A DNA stretch of 64,000 nt from Rhodoferax sp. OV413 (GTDB lineage: Bacteria > Pseudomonadota > Gammaproteobacteria > Pseudomonadales > Pseudohongiellaceae): positions 4,925 through 68,924 of the forward strand of contig CALQJO020000006.1 of NCBI GenBank assembly GCA_943330915.2, written 5' to 3'. The position numbers and the translations under genes are program-made. The notes below the pieces were generated by a model. That model had not been told where the DNA came from and did not search any database. It worked only from the letters and a program-made list of their open reading frames with translations. Numbering within the stretch: the stretch's first letter is position 1; each line of letters starts with the position of its first letter. Shown piece by piece: positions 1-10,351 of this stretch.

Positions 1-210
1 AGCCTGAGTTTGCCACAACTCGATAACTGCTTTGACTGCAAAAACCGGCATTAGTGCCATCTTCACAAAATCTGGATGTTTTTTTCCGGATTTGATCAGG
101 TTTCCGTACGCATGACAGTCTAGTTTCAAGTCATCGGGAACGCAGGCTGTCTGTACCTTGGAAGCCCGAGTTTCTGTCAGTTGGACACACATACCTGATG
201 GAGGATTGTC

Positions 211-1611
211 ATGATGGCTAGTTTGAATTTCACACAAGCGTTGATTCATAAAAAACATGTTCGCCGGCTCGCCCTTGGTGCCAGCGTGATCATTGCCGCG
301 CTGGCCACCCCTGTACTCAATGCCCAGATCAATGCTGGCGCAAGCAATGCCATGCCCTCGTTGGCACCCATGCTGGAAACAACAACCGCTGCAGTTGTTA
401 ACATTTCTGTGGTCCGCTCTCAACGCATGCCGGATCAACTCAGATTTTTTGGCGGCTCGCAAATGCCACAGCCGCCAGTCGGGCAGTCAAGAGGTGCGGG
501 TTCAGGTGTCGTTGTTGATAGCGATGAAGGACTCATCATTACCAATCACCATGTAGTAGACGGCGCCGACACCATCAGTGTGAGCCTGCAGGATGGCAGG
601 GTGCTTGATGCCACTTTGATAGGCAGTGATCAGAGAACTGATATTGCGTTGCTTCGTATCGAGGCAGAGCGTCTGACCGCTTTGTCGCTGGCCGATGTTG
701 AAAGTTTGCGGGTCGGTGACTATGTGGTTGCAATCGGAAACCCCTTTGGCCTGGGCCAGACTGTCACATCCGGCATTATCAGCGCGCTGGGCCGTGCTGG
801 ATTGAATGATGAAAACTATGAAGATTTTATTCAGACGGATGCCGCTATCAATGTTGGAAACTCCGGTGGCGCTCTGGTCGATCTGCAGGGAAGACTGGTG
901 GGAATCAACACTGCGATTATTTCAGGCTCCGGGACAAACTCAGGAGTCGGATTTGCAGTGCCTGTGGATATGGTTGAAGCGGTGATGGGGCATTTACTGC
1001 GTGACGGTGTGGTTGAACGCGGTCAATTAGGCGTACTGATCAGAGATCACACCGCGCTGGTTGAAGAAACATTGGAGCTGGGTGCGCAGCGCGGGGCATT
1101 GGTAACGCAAGTATTCCCCGGATCGGCAGCTGAGCGGGCAGGGTTACAGGCAACTGATCTGGTGGTCGGTATCAATGATAAAGCTGTCAACAGCAGTCGC
1201 GATTTGCGTAATGCTGTTGGTCTGGCAGGCATTGATCAAGATATGAAGATTGATGTGCTGCGTGACGGTGACCCACTGCTTATCTCAGTAAGGCTGGAAA
1301 ATGCTGCCAGCAATCAATCCGCTGCAGTAGGTGACCGACAGACAAATGAGCGCAGAGCCACAGAATCAAGATTCCTTGGAGCGCAGTTGCGGGATTTGCC
1401 TGATGGTCGTCCCGGTGTGGGTGTCGCTACTGTAGATCCACAAAGCCGCGCTGCTGCCGGCGGTCTGCAGGCGGGAGATATGATCACGGCACTGAACCGC
1501 CAATCAGTTGATGACCTCGCCGAACTCAATAGTTTGCTGAGCGCACAACCTCCCCTGCTGGCGTTGAGTGTGGAGCGTGATGGCCAGAGTTTGCTGCTTA
1601 TCATGCCCTGA
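211..1611 (+). CDS. Do-family (DegP/DegQ/HtrA) periplasmic serine endoprotease with two PDZ domains
   Basis: Signal peptide; catalytic motifs TNHHVV, TDIA, GNSGGAL; GSGSGVV loop; two C-terminal PDZ-like repeats; GGAGG RBS upstream. Confidence 0.95.
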   Translation: MMASLNFTQALIHKKHVRRLALGASVIIAALATPVLNAQINAGASNAMPSLAPMLETTTAAVVNISVVRSQRMPDQLRFFGGSQMPQPPVGQSRGAGSGVVVDSDEGLIITNHHVVDGADTISVSLQDGRVLDATLIGSDQRTDIALLRIEAERLTALSLADVESLRVGDYVVAIGNPFGLGQTVTSGIISALGRAGLNDENYEDFIQTDAAINVGNSGGALVDLQGRLVGINTAIISGSGTNSGVGFAVPVDMVEAVMGHLLRDGVVERGQLGVLIRDHTALVEETLELGAQRGALVTQVFPGSAAERAGLQATDLVVGINDKAVNSSRDLRNAVGLAGIDQDMKIDVLRDGDPLLISVRLENAASNQSAAVGDRQTNERRATESRFLGAQLRDLPDGRPGVGVATVDPQSRAAAGGLQAGDMITALNRQSVDDLAELNSLLSAQPPLLALSVERDGQSLLLIMP

Positions 1612-1702
1612 GTCATGCGCGGCTGCCGTGTTTTTGTTATGCCCGCTGGAAGTGGTTTTGCCCCGAACGTCACGTGACAGGGTGCTCGGAGGTCTGCTCC
1701 GG

Positions 1703-1739
1703 GGCCAGTTTGCTGTTCTGCAAACTGGCCTTTTTTTTT
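1703..1739 (+). terminator. Rho-independent terminator downstream of the Do-family protease
   Basis: Perfect 11-bp stem GGCCAGTTTGC/GCAAACTGGCC, 6-nt loop, followed by T9. Confidence 0.9.
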
Positions 1740-1859
1740 AGAATCAGGCAGAAGAGGTTTGTGTGTGAGCCTGGCTGTCGTGCTTGCAAAATCCCGTTGA
1801 CATGTTATTTTCCGTAGGAAATCTGCAGCGCAATCATTTACCCAAACAGGAAACCGCAA

Positions 1860-3101
1860 TTGACCGGAACTGCATTGAATGCCATTTTTTTTTGTGAAAG
1901 GCGGGTTCTGAAGTTCCTGATACTTTTGATTGCACTCATTCCGCTAGCTGGTTTAGCACAACCTTCTCCGACGACTTCCTTGCAACAGCCTGCATTCAGC
2001 CAGTTGCCCGGCCAGTTACCGCAGCCGGTCTCGCCTCCTGATGCCCATGCATTTGATGAATACACATCTTGGTTGCGTGCTGAGGTTGATGAGGACCAGA
2101 TCCCCGGGCTAGCACTGGCTATTGTCAGTGCAAGCGGCATTGTGCGCGTTGAGACGATGGGGGTTCGCAGTATTGACGATCAACAACCCGTTGTTGAGGA
2201 TACTGTTTTTCGGATTGCCTCGGTGTCAAAAACCTTTGCCGGGACGGTAGCCTCACAGCTGGTTAACCACAACATCGTGGGGTGGGATGAACCAATATCT
2301 GATCTGCTGCCCGGTTACACACTGGGAACAGATTCGGCTGCGGCTGAGCTTATGACCCTTAGACACGTGCTCAGCCATACCACGGGTCTGATGCCTCATG
2401 CTTTTTCCAATTTGTTGGATGCAGGTGTTGATTACCGGGAGATTCAGCAAAAGTTGCATGAGATTCCGGCAGTGTGTGAACCGGGCCGCTGTTATGGGTA
2501 TCAGAACGTCGTGTTTTCACTGGTGGCAGATGTTGTTGAATCCAGTCTGGGCACAAACTATGACGATTTTGTTGAAGAGAATATCTTCTCCCCTCTTGGT
2601 ATGGAAAATGCGTCAATGGGTCTGGATGGATACCAGAATAATCCTGATGCCAGTGAGGCTCATCAGTTCGGAAACGGGCGTTGGCAGGTCAGCAGTCTGA
2701 ACCCTGCGTATTACAGTGTCGGCCCAGCTTCGGGCGTTAATGCCACAATTCTGGATATGGTGCGCTGGGCGCAGGCGCAGTTGGGAGGTTTTCCGGAGGT
2801 GCTGCCAGAGTCTTTGCTGGAAATGCAACATACCCCGATTGTAGAGACCCCTCACGGCAACTACTTCAACCGTTGGCCACGTCTTGATAAAGCCTGGTAT
2901 GGTTTGGGCTGGCGCATTATGGATTACGCGGGCCTGCGGGTGGTCCATCATGGCGGCGGGGTACGTGGCTATCGATCGGAAATGGTATTGATACCCGAGC
3001 ACAATATCGGACTGGTAGTGTTGTTTAATGCATCCACACCCTTGGCCAACGATGTGGTGCCCAAATTCCTTGATGAGCTTCTTGTGGCACTTGCCCGTTG
3101 A
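1860..3101 (+). CDS. Exported serine hydrolase, beta-lactamase/AmpC-like family (start uncertain)
   Basis: Hydrophobic signal region; FRIASVSK (SxxK), YGYQN (YxN) and HHGGG motifs. Confidence 0.9.
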   Translation: MTGTALNAIFFCERRVLKFLILLIALIPLAGLAQPSPTTSLQQPAFSQLPGQLPQPVSPPDAHAFDEYTSWLRAEVDEDQIPGLALAIVSASGIVRVETMGVRSIDDQQPVVEDTVFRIASVSKTFAGTVASQLVNHNIVGWDEPISDLLPGYTLGTDSAAAELMTLRHVLSHTTGLMPHAFSNLLDAGVDYREIQQKLHEIPAVCEPGRCYGYQNVVFSLVADVVESSLGTNYDDFVEENIFSPLGMENASMGLDGYQNNPDASEAHQFGNGRWQVSSLNPAYYSVGPASGVNATILDMVRWAQAQLGGFPEVLPESLLEMQHTPIVETPHGNYFNRWPRLDKAWYGLGWRIMDYAGLRVVHHGGGVRGYRSEMVLIPEHNIGLVVLFNASTPLANDVVPKFLDELLVALAR

Positions 3102-3160
3102 CTGCTCAATATTTTTACATGCCTTCTCTGGCTCATTTCTGTTCTTAACTTGGGGATACA

Positions 3161-3901
3161 GTGACTAACGCAACCATCGATTTACTGCGCTCTCATCGCA
3201 GCATCAGGAAATTCAAAAACCAGCCGGTGACTGAACAGGTACTCGAGCAGATTTTGCTGGCCGGGCAAAGTGCGGCAACATCGAGTTTTCTGCAGGGGGC
3301 AACGGTCATCCGGATTCGCAACCCGGAGAGTCGCCAGAAGTTGGCGGTGTATGCGGGTAACCAACCGTATGTCGCCAGCGCGCCCGAATTTCTGGTGTTT
3401 TGTGCCGATCTGCGTCGTGCAGGAAATTGTTGCACGACGTACGGTAAGTCATTTTCTGGTGAGTACACCGAGCATTTTATTATCGCAACAGTAGATGCGG
3501 CATTGATGGCTCAAAACGCAGTGGTTGCTGCGGAGTCATTGGGTCTGGGCATTTGCTACATCGGTGGCATCCGCAACAATCCCCGGGAAGTATCTGATTT
3601 GCTGCAACTGCCTCAAGGCGTTTATCCGGTGTTCGGTTTATGCCTTGGGTATCCGGACCAAGACCCTGAGGTCAAGCCGCGATTGCCACTGTCAGTGATT
3701 GTTAAAAATGAGATCTATGACGATAGTGGTGATCAGCCTGTTGTGGCTGCATATGATGAACAGGTCCGAGAATACTATCGCACACGGACAGGTGGTGGCC
3801 ACGGCATTAGCTGGAGTGAGCAGGTTGCTGATCTGCTCAGCGAAAAGGCACGCCCGCACATGCGGGGGTTTCTCGCTGAACAGGGCTTTGATTTTAAATG
3901 A
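3161..3901 (+). CDS. nfsA: Oxygen-insensitive NADPH nitroreductase / flavin reductase
   Basis: HRSIRKF, SSFLQ, VDAALMAQN, AESLGLGICYIGGIRN and KPRLP motifs typical of NfsA/Frp. Confidence 0.9.
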   Translation: MTNATIDLLRSHRSIRKFKNQPVTEQVLEQILLAGQSAATSSFLQGATVIRIRNPESRQKLAVYAGNQPYVASAPEFLVFCADLRRAGNCCTTYGKSFSGEYTEHFIIATVDAALMAQNAVVAAESLGLGICYIGGIRNNPREVSDLLQLPQGVYPVFGLCLGYPDQDPEVKPRLPLSVIVKNEIYDDSGDQPVVAAYDEQVREYYRTRTGGGHGISWSEQVADLLSEKARPHMRGFLAEQGFDFK

Positions 3902-5078
3902 TCCGTGCGCTGCGCAGTCGTTGAATCTCTGATTCTGAATATCCAAGCTCAAGCATCAATTGCTGTGTATGTTCCCCCAACGTTGGTGCGCGCCGATGAA
4001 TGTCAGTGGGGTTTGCCGATAAACTGAACGGTGTCTGCATAACAGGGGCTGGTTTGTCGGCGCCTGGGTAAGCAAGCAGTTTAAACACCTTGCGCGCCGC
4101 AGCATGTGGGTCGTCCAGCACCTGTTGTGGGGACATAACAGGTCCTGCAGGGATTCGCGCAACTTCCATGTCCGCCATCACTTGCGCGGTCGTGCGCTCG
4201 GCGCACCAGGTTGCGAGGCGTCCACTGATGAGTTCACCATGATTGCCGCGACTGATGTCATCTTTGAAGCGCGGGTCAGACAGCCAGTGTGGCTCACCCA
4301 TCAATTCAACCCACCGTTCAAAGAGCGGCCCGCCAACAGTTTGAATCAGCACCCACCCATCCTGTGTTTTAAAGGTATCAGCTGGCCCGGAGGTCTGCGA
4401 TCGGTTCAGCGTTGCAGTGCGATTGGGCGCAATCATCGCTTGTTCAATCAGAGAACCATTCATCATGGTCAGCGCGGTATTGAACAAAGACGCCTCAACG
4501 ACCTGACCTTTGCCGGTGCGCTGGCGTTCAAACAAGGCCGCCATGGTGCCCACGGCGCTCAGACTTGCAGTGCCAAAATCAATAAACGGTGCGTAGGCTT
4601 TGACGGGTTGTTCAGGGGTGCCCGACATAAACATAGAGCCCGACATAGCCTGGCCCAGCCCGTCAAATCCGACACGATTGCTATAAGGGCCACCGGTCCC
4701 GAATGCAGAAATCATGGTCAGAATGATGTCAGGTTTGACGGCTTTAAGACTGTCGTAATCCAGTCCCATAGCCTCCAGAGTGTCAGGCGGCAGATTGGCG
4801 ACAACTACGTCAGCTGTCGCGACCAGCTTGCGCACAATCTCCCGGCCTTCGGGTTTCATGGGATTAAGGGTCATGCCAAGCTTGTTGCGACCCATTTGCA
4901 TAAACAACGCACCGTCACCCTGATCAGTGACCGGAGACACAAAGCGGTCTTCACTGCCCTGGACTTTTTCGATACGAATGACTTCAGCTCCCAAGTCGCT
5001 TAACAGACTTGCGCAAAAAGGACCCGCAATATAGCGACCAAAATCCAGTACCCGAATACCTTCCAGAACCTTGCTCAT
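3894..5078 (-). CDS. Family III CoA transferase (CaiB/BaiF)
   Basis: LEGIRVLDF, AGP, LGAEVIRIE, NK..TLN, ADVVVAN motifs; catalytic Asp region PFIDFG; C-terminal APTLGEHT. Confidence 0.92.
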   Translation of the reverse strand: MSKVLEGIRVLDFGRYIAGPFCASLLSDLGAEVIRIEKVQGSEDRFVSPVTDQGDGALFMQMGRNKLGMTLNPMKPEGREIVRKLVATADVVVANLPPDTLEAMGLDYDSLKAVKPDIILTMISAFGTGGPYSNRVGFDGLGQAMSGSMFMSGTPEQPVKAYAPFIDFGTASLSAVGTMAALFERQRTGKGQVVEASLFNTALTMMNGSLIEQAMIAPNRTATLNRSQTSGPADTFKTQDGWVLIQTVGGPLFERWVELMGEPHWLSDPRFKDDISRGNHGELISGRLATWCAERTTAQVMADMEVARIPAGPVMSPQQVLDDPHAAARKVFKLLAYPGADKPAPVMQTPFSLSANPTDIHRRAPTLGEHTQQLMLELGYSESEIQRLRSARII

Positions 5079-5255
5079 GAGCGTGATATCTCCAGCAGTG
5101 CAGATGCATTTTTAGTGACTGCGATCATACCACAGGCTTGAAAATGCGCTGCCGCCAGCCAAACAGAAAGGACTCTGTTGAATCCGAGTCTGATGCATTA
5201 CAATCTTTGTCAATCAATCACTCCTGCATCTGACCTGTGGTCGGGGAAACAGACA

Positions 5256-5993
5256 ATGAAACATTTTCCTGTTCTGAGTACGTTATTAGGCAAGCTTGCC
5301 TTTCTGCTTGTTATGTCAGCCGGCTTGTCAGTACATGCGGCAGAGCATCCGGGGTATGACGTCGATCCTCAGCAAAGCCGCGGCGGTATTGGCAAATTTT
5401 ACATGGGGCGGGAAATTTCAGGCGTGATGGGGCATCAGGGCGCGGGATGGCTGGAGCGACAGGAGCGTACTCATGAGGAAATGCCGGATGAGGTAGTTGC
5501 CAATATGTCGTTGGCGCCAGATGAGGTGGTGGCAGACATAGGTGCCGGTACTGGTTATTTCGCTTTCCGTATTGCCAACGTAGTGCCAGAGGGCAAGGTA
5601 CTGGCAACTGATATTCAGCCGGAGATGCTGGCGTTGATGGAGCAACGCAAACAACAGACAGGGATTACAAATGTCGAAACTTTACTCGGGCAGATTGATA
5701 GTCCGGGCCTGCCAGCCAACAGCGTTGATGCTGTCCTGCTGGTCGATGCATACCATGAATTTTCACATCCTTTTGAAATGATGCAGGGAATCTATGATGC
5801 ACTGACGCCCGGTGGCCGTCTGTTTCTGGTCGAGTACCGCGCTGAGGATGACTCGGTGCCCATTCGTCCTCTGCATAAAATGTCTGTTGAGCAGGTGGTC
5901 AGGGAGATGGACGTATTCGGGTTGATTCTGCAGGAAACGTTAGACTTTCTTCCGTGGCAGCATATGTTTATTTTCACCAAGCCCGCTCAATAG
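5256..5993 (+). CDS. Class I SAM-dependent methyltransferase with N-terminal signal peptide
   Basis: VADIGAGTGY SAM-binding motif, LATDIQ, LTPGG; ATG at 5256 followed by a hydrophobic stretch ending VHA-AE. Confidence 0.88.
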   Translation: MKHFPVLSTLLGKLAFLLVMSAGLSVHAAEHPGYDVDPQQSRGGIGKFYMGREISGVMGHQGAGWLERQERTHEEMPDEVVANMSLAPDEVVADIGAGTGYFAFRIANVVPEGKVLATDIQPEMLALMEQRKQQTGITNVETLLGQIDSPGLPANSVDAVLLVDAYHEFSHPFEMMQGIYDALTPGGRLFLVEYRAEDDSVPIRPLHKMSVEQVVREMDVFGLILQETLDFLPWQHMFIFTKPAQ

Positions 5994-6301
5994 CTGCGGG
6001 CTTGTAAATAAATGTTGCTAATGCCGATGTAGCGATTGCCAGCGACAGTCATTGGTTGTTTTCGAGATTGCCAGTATCACTGGGCAGGCTTCAAAACGGG
6101 GTCAGTTGTTTAACCGGAGAGGCATGGTAAGGGCCAGACTGTTGCGACACATTAACAACTTGGATTTTCTTACTTCAGCACTATCTCCAAAATGCATTAA
6201 TTAAAGTTTTTGTATTAATTCACCGAGCGAAAATTTCTCACGGGTTTCTGAGACAACTTGTGGTGTTTCGCCAACAATCTCATGCTGTTTCGGGCACTAA
6301 T

Positions 6302-7216
6302 ATGGAAAAAAAAAGGCATGTGCTGATTACGGGAGGGACCGGGTTTGTTGGAGTCCCATTGATCGTATTTTTATTGCAGCAAGGCTGGAGGGTTACGGTT
6401 TTTGTCCGTGACTACGCGCGCTCGCGGCAGCTGTTGGGCGCTGCGCCAACGCTTATCAGAAATTTTGATGAGATCGAGAACAGCGAACAAATCGATGTGG
6501 TCATTAATCTGGCTGGCGCAGGAATCGCTGATCAACGCTGGAACCAGGCGCGCAAAAAAATTCTGCTCGACAGTCGGGTGCACACAACGCGTGCACTGCT
6601 GTCATTGGCACAGCGACTGGACACCCGACCGGGAGTGCTGATCAGTGCATCCGCCATTGGGTTTTATGGCAGCGCGGACGGAAGACCGCTAGATGAGTGC
6701 GCTGCCGGGGGGGATGAATTTACAACCGAGTTATGCAAGCGCTGGGAAGAAGAGGCGAGCAAGGCAGAGGCCTTGGGCATGCGCGTTTGTATTATTCGCC
6801 TGGGTGTGGTGCTGGCGCCTGACGGAGGAATGCTGGGTAAGTTATTGCCAATTTTTAAACTGGGCCTGGGCGGGCGCACGGGCCATGGACGGCAATATCT
6901 GTCTTGGATACATCGGGATGATGTGATTGCGGTGATCAACTGGTTGGTCACGTCTGAAGCGCAGGGCGTGTTTAATGTGACGGCCCCCGATGCTGTGACA
7001 AATGCCCGCTTCAGTCAGTTGCTGGCAGACGCACTTCACCGGCCTTGTCTGTTTCAGCAACCTGCTGCGATAGTGCAACTGATGTTTGGTGAAATGGGCG
7101 AGCAGTTGTTGCTCAACGGACAGAATGTGATACCTGCGCGCCTGCTTGCTGAAGGATTTGTTTTTAGATACCCGGGTCTGCACGATGCCTTGGTGGCGAG
7201 TATCTCTGGTCACTAA
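6302..7216 (+). CDS. TIGR01777-family NAD-dependent epimerase/oxidoreductase (YfcH-like)
   Basis: ITGGTGFVG Rossmann motif, NLAGAGIADQRW, SASAIGFYG, SWIHRDD, GQNVIP. Confidence 0.92.
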   Translation: MEKKRHVLITGGTGFVGVPLIVFLLQQGWRVTVFVRDYARSRQLLGAAPTLIRNFDEIENSEQIDVVINLAGAGIADQRWNQARKKILLDSRVHTTRALLSLAQRLDTRPGVLISASAIGFYGSADGRPLDECAAGGDEFTTELCKRWEEEASKAEALGMRVCIIRLGVVLAPDGGMLGKLLPIFKLGLGGRTGHGRQYLSWIHRDDVIAVINWLVTSEAQGVFNVTAPDAVTNARFSQLLADALHRPCLFQQPAAIVQLMFGEMGEQLLLNGQNVIPARLLAEGFVFRYPGLHDALVASISGH

Positions 7217-7387
7217 CAACGTTAAGCCGCAAATCTGGTTGATATCAAGGCAGCCTTGTTTTGCGATTTGTATCGGGAATGAGGATAATACCGGCGTTTT
7301 GAGGTTAGGCGGCTGTCGAGTTCGGCAGTCGTTTAGCAGCCGATTTTTTGCAGTTTGCATCAGCACGTTTCAATGGGAGAAAAGGCC

Positions 7388-9052
7388 ATGCAGCGCGAGT
7401 CTATGGAAGTTGATGTTGTCATCGTGGGCGCGGGTCCAGCGGGGCTGTCGACAGCTTGCCGCCTGCTACAACTGGCCAAAGAGTCTGGCAGGGAGATTTC
7501 TGTCTGTGTGCTGGAGAAGGGCTCGGAAGTGGGTGCCCATATTTTATCCGGCGCTGTGTTTGAGCCTTCTGCGCTAAACGAGCTGTTTCCTGACTGGAAC
7601 GAGCGTGGGGCACCATTGAATACGGCGGTGACAGGCGATGATATCTACTATCTGCCAGGTGCTGAAAACTCCATTCGATTCCCCGATCTGCTAGTTCCCA
7701 AACCCATGCGCAATCATGGCAACTACATCGTCTCACTGGGTAACCTATGTCGCTGGCTGGCGGAGCAGGCGGCGGAACTGGGCGCAGAAATTTTCCCCGG
7801 ATTCGCCGCTGCTGAAATTCTCTATCACGACGATGGTACTGTCAAAGGCGTGGCTACAGGTGATATGGGCGTTGATGCCCATGGCAACAAAAAAGATGCC
7901 TATGAGCCGGGTTTTGAGTTCCACGCCAAGTACACCATTTTGGCTGAGGGTTGCCGCGGGCATCTGGGCAAAGAGTTGATTTCCCGCTTTGAACTGGATA
8001 AAGACAGTGATCCTCAGCATTACGGTATCGGTCTGAAAGAGGTCTGGGAGATTGATCCTGCCAAACACAAGGAAGGATTGGTTGTACATACCGCGGGCTA
8101 TCCGATGATTGGTGACAGCTACGCGGGCTCCAGTGGTGGATTTTTATATCATGCTGAAAATAATCAGGTCTATCTCGGTTTAATTGTGGATCTGGGTTAC
8201 AAGAATCCACATATCAGTCCATTTGATGAATTCCAGAAATTCAAGCTTCACCCGGTCATCAAACAATACATTGAAGGTGGAAAACGTCTCAGTTACGGTG
8301 CCCGTGCGCTGAACAAAGGCGGATTAAACTCACTTCCAAAAATGAGTTTCCCGGGAGGTCTGTTGATCGGTTGTGATGCTGGCACACTTAACGCTGCAAA
8401 GATCAAAGGCAGTCATACTGCCATGCGTTCTGGAATGTTGGCTGCGGAATCCGTGATGGAGTCTCTTAAACAGGAGTCTGTGCCATCAGGCCATGATCTG
8501 ATGGAGTACGGTGAACGATTTGCTAAGTCCAGTCTGCGAGACGAACTGTATAAGACACGTAACTTCAGCGCCGGTTTTCATAATTTCGGATTCTGGATCG
8601 GCAGTAGCCTGAGTTTTGTAGAGCATAATATTTTTGGTGGTCGCTTCCCTCTGACGTTCCACGATAAGTCACCTGACTACGCGCAACTTAAGCCGGCATC
8701 CGCTTGCAACAAAATTGTCTATGCAAAACCAGACGGGAAAATTACTTTTGACAAACTGTCATCGGTGTTTCTGTCCAATACGAATCATGCGGAAGATCAA
8801 CCTTGTCACCTGAAGTTGATCGATGCCTCCATTCCAATTGCTCATAACTTGCCCATGTATGACGAGCCAGCCCAGCGTTATTGTCCTGCGGGCGTGTACG
8901 AAGTGCTTGATGATGGCGCTGGCGGCAAGCGATTTCAGATTAACGCCCAGAACTGCGTGCATTGTAAAACCTGTGACATCAAGGATCCCTCTCAGAACAT
9001 CAAGTGGGTTGTGCCCGAAGGCAGCGGTGGGCCAAGTTACCCGAATATGTGA
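7388..9052 (+). CDS. Electron transfer flavoprotein-ubiquinone oxidoreductase
   Basis: RESMEVDVVIVGAGPAGL FAD motif, GAHILSGA, C-terminal 4Fe-4S CPAGVYE...NCVHCKTCDIKDP. Confidence 0.97.
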   Translation: MQRESMEVDVVIVGAGPAGLSTACRLLQLAKESGREISVCVLEKGSEVGAHILSGAVFEPSALNELFPDWNERGAPLNTAVTGDDIYYLPGAENSIRFPDLLVPKPMRNHGNYIVSLGNLCRWLAEQAAELGAEIFPGFAAAEILYHDDGTVKGVATGDMGVDAHGNKKDAYEPGFEFHAKYTILAEGCRGHLGKELISRFELDKDSDPQHYGIGLKEVWEIDPAKHKEGLVVHTAGYPMIGDSYAGSSGGFLYHAENNQVYLGLIVDLGYKNPHISPFDEFQKFKLHPVIKQYIEGGKRLSYGARALNKGGLNSLPKMSFPGGLLIGCDAGTLNAAKIKGSHTAMRSGMLAAESVMESLKQESVPSGHDLMEYGERFAKSSLRDELYKTRNFSAGFHNFGFWIGSSLSFVEHNIFGGRFPLTFHDKSPDYAQLKPASACNKIVYAKPDGKITFDKLSSVFLSNTNHAEDQPCHLKLIDASIPIAHNLPMYDEPAQRYCPAGVYEVLDDGAGGKRFQINAQNCVHCKTCDIKDPSQNIKWVVPEGSGGPSYPNM

Positions 9053-9112
9053 TGCCCTCCGCGGGCTTCTGGTTTCTGTTGTTCTGGTGCAGAATAGGGT
9101 GAAGGCTTTGGA

Positions 9113-10351
9113 ATGAACTCTAAAGCCCGGCGGTCTTTCTCAGAACGAATTCCTGACTGGGTGGCGCGGATGCTAAAAATTTTTCGGGTAATGTTTCTTC
9201 TGCTGTCACTCTTATTTCTTGGCGCGTGTCAATTTTCTGGGCTGAATCCGGGATTCAGGGAAAGTGAAGAATTTGAGTTGCAGATACTTGGCAACGCTGT
9301 AAACGTGCCGGATATTGATCTGCTGGCTCTGGATCAATCCGTTATAGATTATCTAGATGCCAATATTGAGCCTGGTCTTGGTGGTTGGGACTTGGTGGAG
9401 CGTCTTCAGACGATCTTGTTTGATACTGAATTTTTGAACATCCAGTACGACGATTCCGCTAACTTTACAGCTTCTGAGACTTTCCAGCACCGCCGCGCAA
9501 ATTGCCTATCACTGGTAAATCTTTATATCGGCATGGCAAGGCATCTGGGTTTGCAAGTGAGCTACCAGACCGCGCAGATACGCCCAGTGTGGAACCGTCG
9601 CGGTGAATTGCTTATCCTTAGTGAACACATCAATGCACTGGGTCGCATAGGTCCCGGAAATCAGTATATTATTGATTTTACTCCTGAAATTATGTTGCAA
9701 CAACAGACGGCAGAAACAATCTCCGATATGGAGGCTAAGGCACTTTATTTTAATAATCTGGCAGTTGAGCTGCTGATCGAGGGACAGACTCAACAGGCGC
9801 TTGAATTGTTCAGAATTGCATTGGCACTTGATCCGGGTTTGGCTTTGGCATGGAACAATATAGGCAGTGCGTTAGGCCGTCTAGATAAGCCAGAACTTGC
9901 TGAGTACAGTTTTTTGAAGGCTTCTTTGCTCGACCGGAATAACGCAAGTTCTATAAACAATCTGGCACGTTATTATGCAGAGATAGGCGAGATTGCCAAG
10001 TCACAGCGGTATCGCCGCGCGGTTCAGACATACAACAACCGCAATCCCTATTACCACTACATGTTGGGTAATCTGGCCTTTGAGGGGAAAAATTTCGCGA
10101 CGGCCCGCGAGCATTTTCAGGAGGCTATCCGCCGCAATGAGCTTGAGCCGGATTTTTATCTGGCACTCGGTTTGACCTTGAGGGAGTTAGGGGATTCCAA
10201 GGCCTACGATGATCTTTCAATGATGTCAGTGGCAATCAGAGAGTTGGGTGACCAGACTTATCGCGCCAGCCAAGAGCGTTTGCGCCGTATTGAGACTCGC
10301 TCAATACGGCGCTCTACCAGTGCTGGCCTGACGATCCAGGTTGTTGATTAA
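9113..10351 (+). CDS. Lipoprotein with transglutaminase-like domain and TPR repeats (probable start 9170)
   Basis: Lipobox LGAC; ANCLS / EHIN / IDF putative Cys-His-Asp triad; several TPR-like helices (YFNNLAVELL, AWNNIGSAL, YYHYMLGNL). Confidence 0.8.
   Translation: MNSKARRSFSERIPDWVARMLKIFRVMFLLLSLLFLGACQFSGLNPGFRESEEFELQILGNAVNVPDIDLLALDQSVIDYLDANIEPGLGGWDLVERLQTILFDTEFLNIQYDDSANFTASETFQHRRANCLSLVNLYIGMARHLGLQVSYQTAQIRPVWNRRGELLILSEHINALGRIGPGNQYIIDFTPEIMLQQQTAETISDMEAKALYFNNLAVELLIEGQTQQALELFRIALALDPGLALAWNNIGSALGRLDKPELAEYSFLKASLLDRNNASSINNLARYYAEIGEIAKSQRYRRAVQTYNNRNPYYHYMLGNLAFEGKNFATAREHFQEAIRRNELEPDFYLALGLTLRELGDSKAYDDLSMMSVAIRELGDQTYRASQERLRRIETRSIRRSTSAGLTIQVVD

Noticed and set aside
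1-60. Possible start of a minus-strand gene at 60 (MALMPVFAV...)
   Set aside because: Only 20 codons visible and no clear RBS; cannot be supported.
4104-5003. 299-aa plus-strand ORF
   Set aside because: Antisense shadow of the CoA transferase; no motifs or RBS.
5994-6301. AT-rich intergenic region with tiny minus-strand ORFs
   Set aside because: Only 3-16-codon ORFs and no recognisable RNA motif; likely promoter DNA.
7308-7333. G-U-rich hairpin before ETF-QO, and TTGATATCAA palindrome near 7240
   Set aside because: Single short hairpin without a U-tract; the palindrome lacks the 4-nt spacer of an FNR box.
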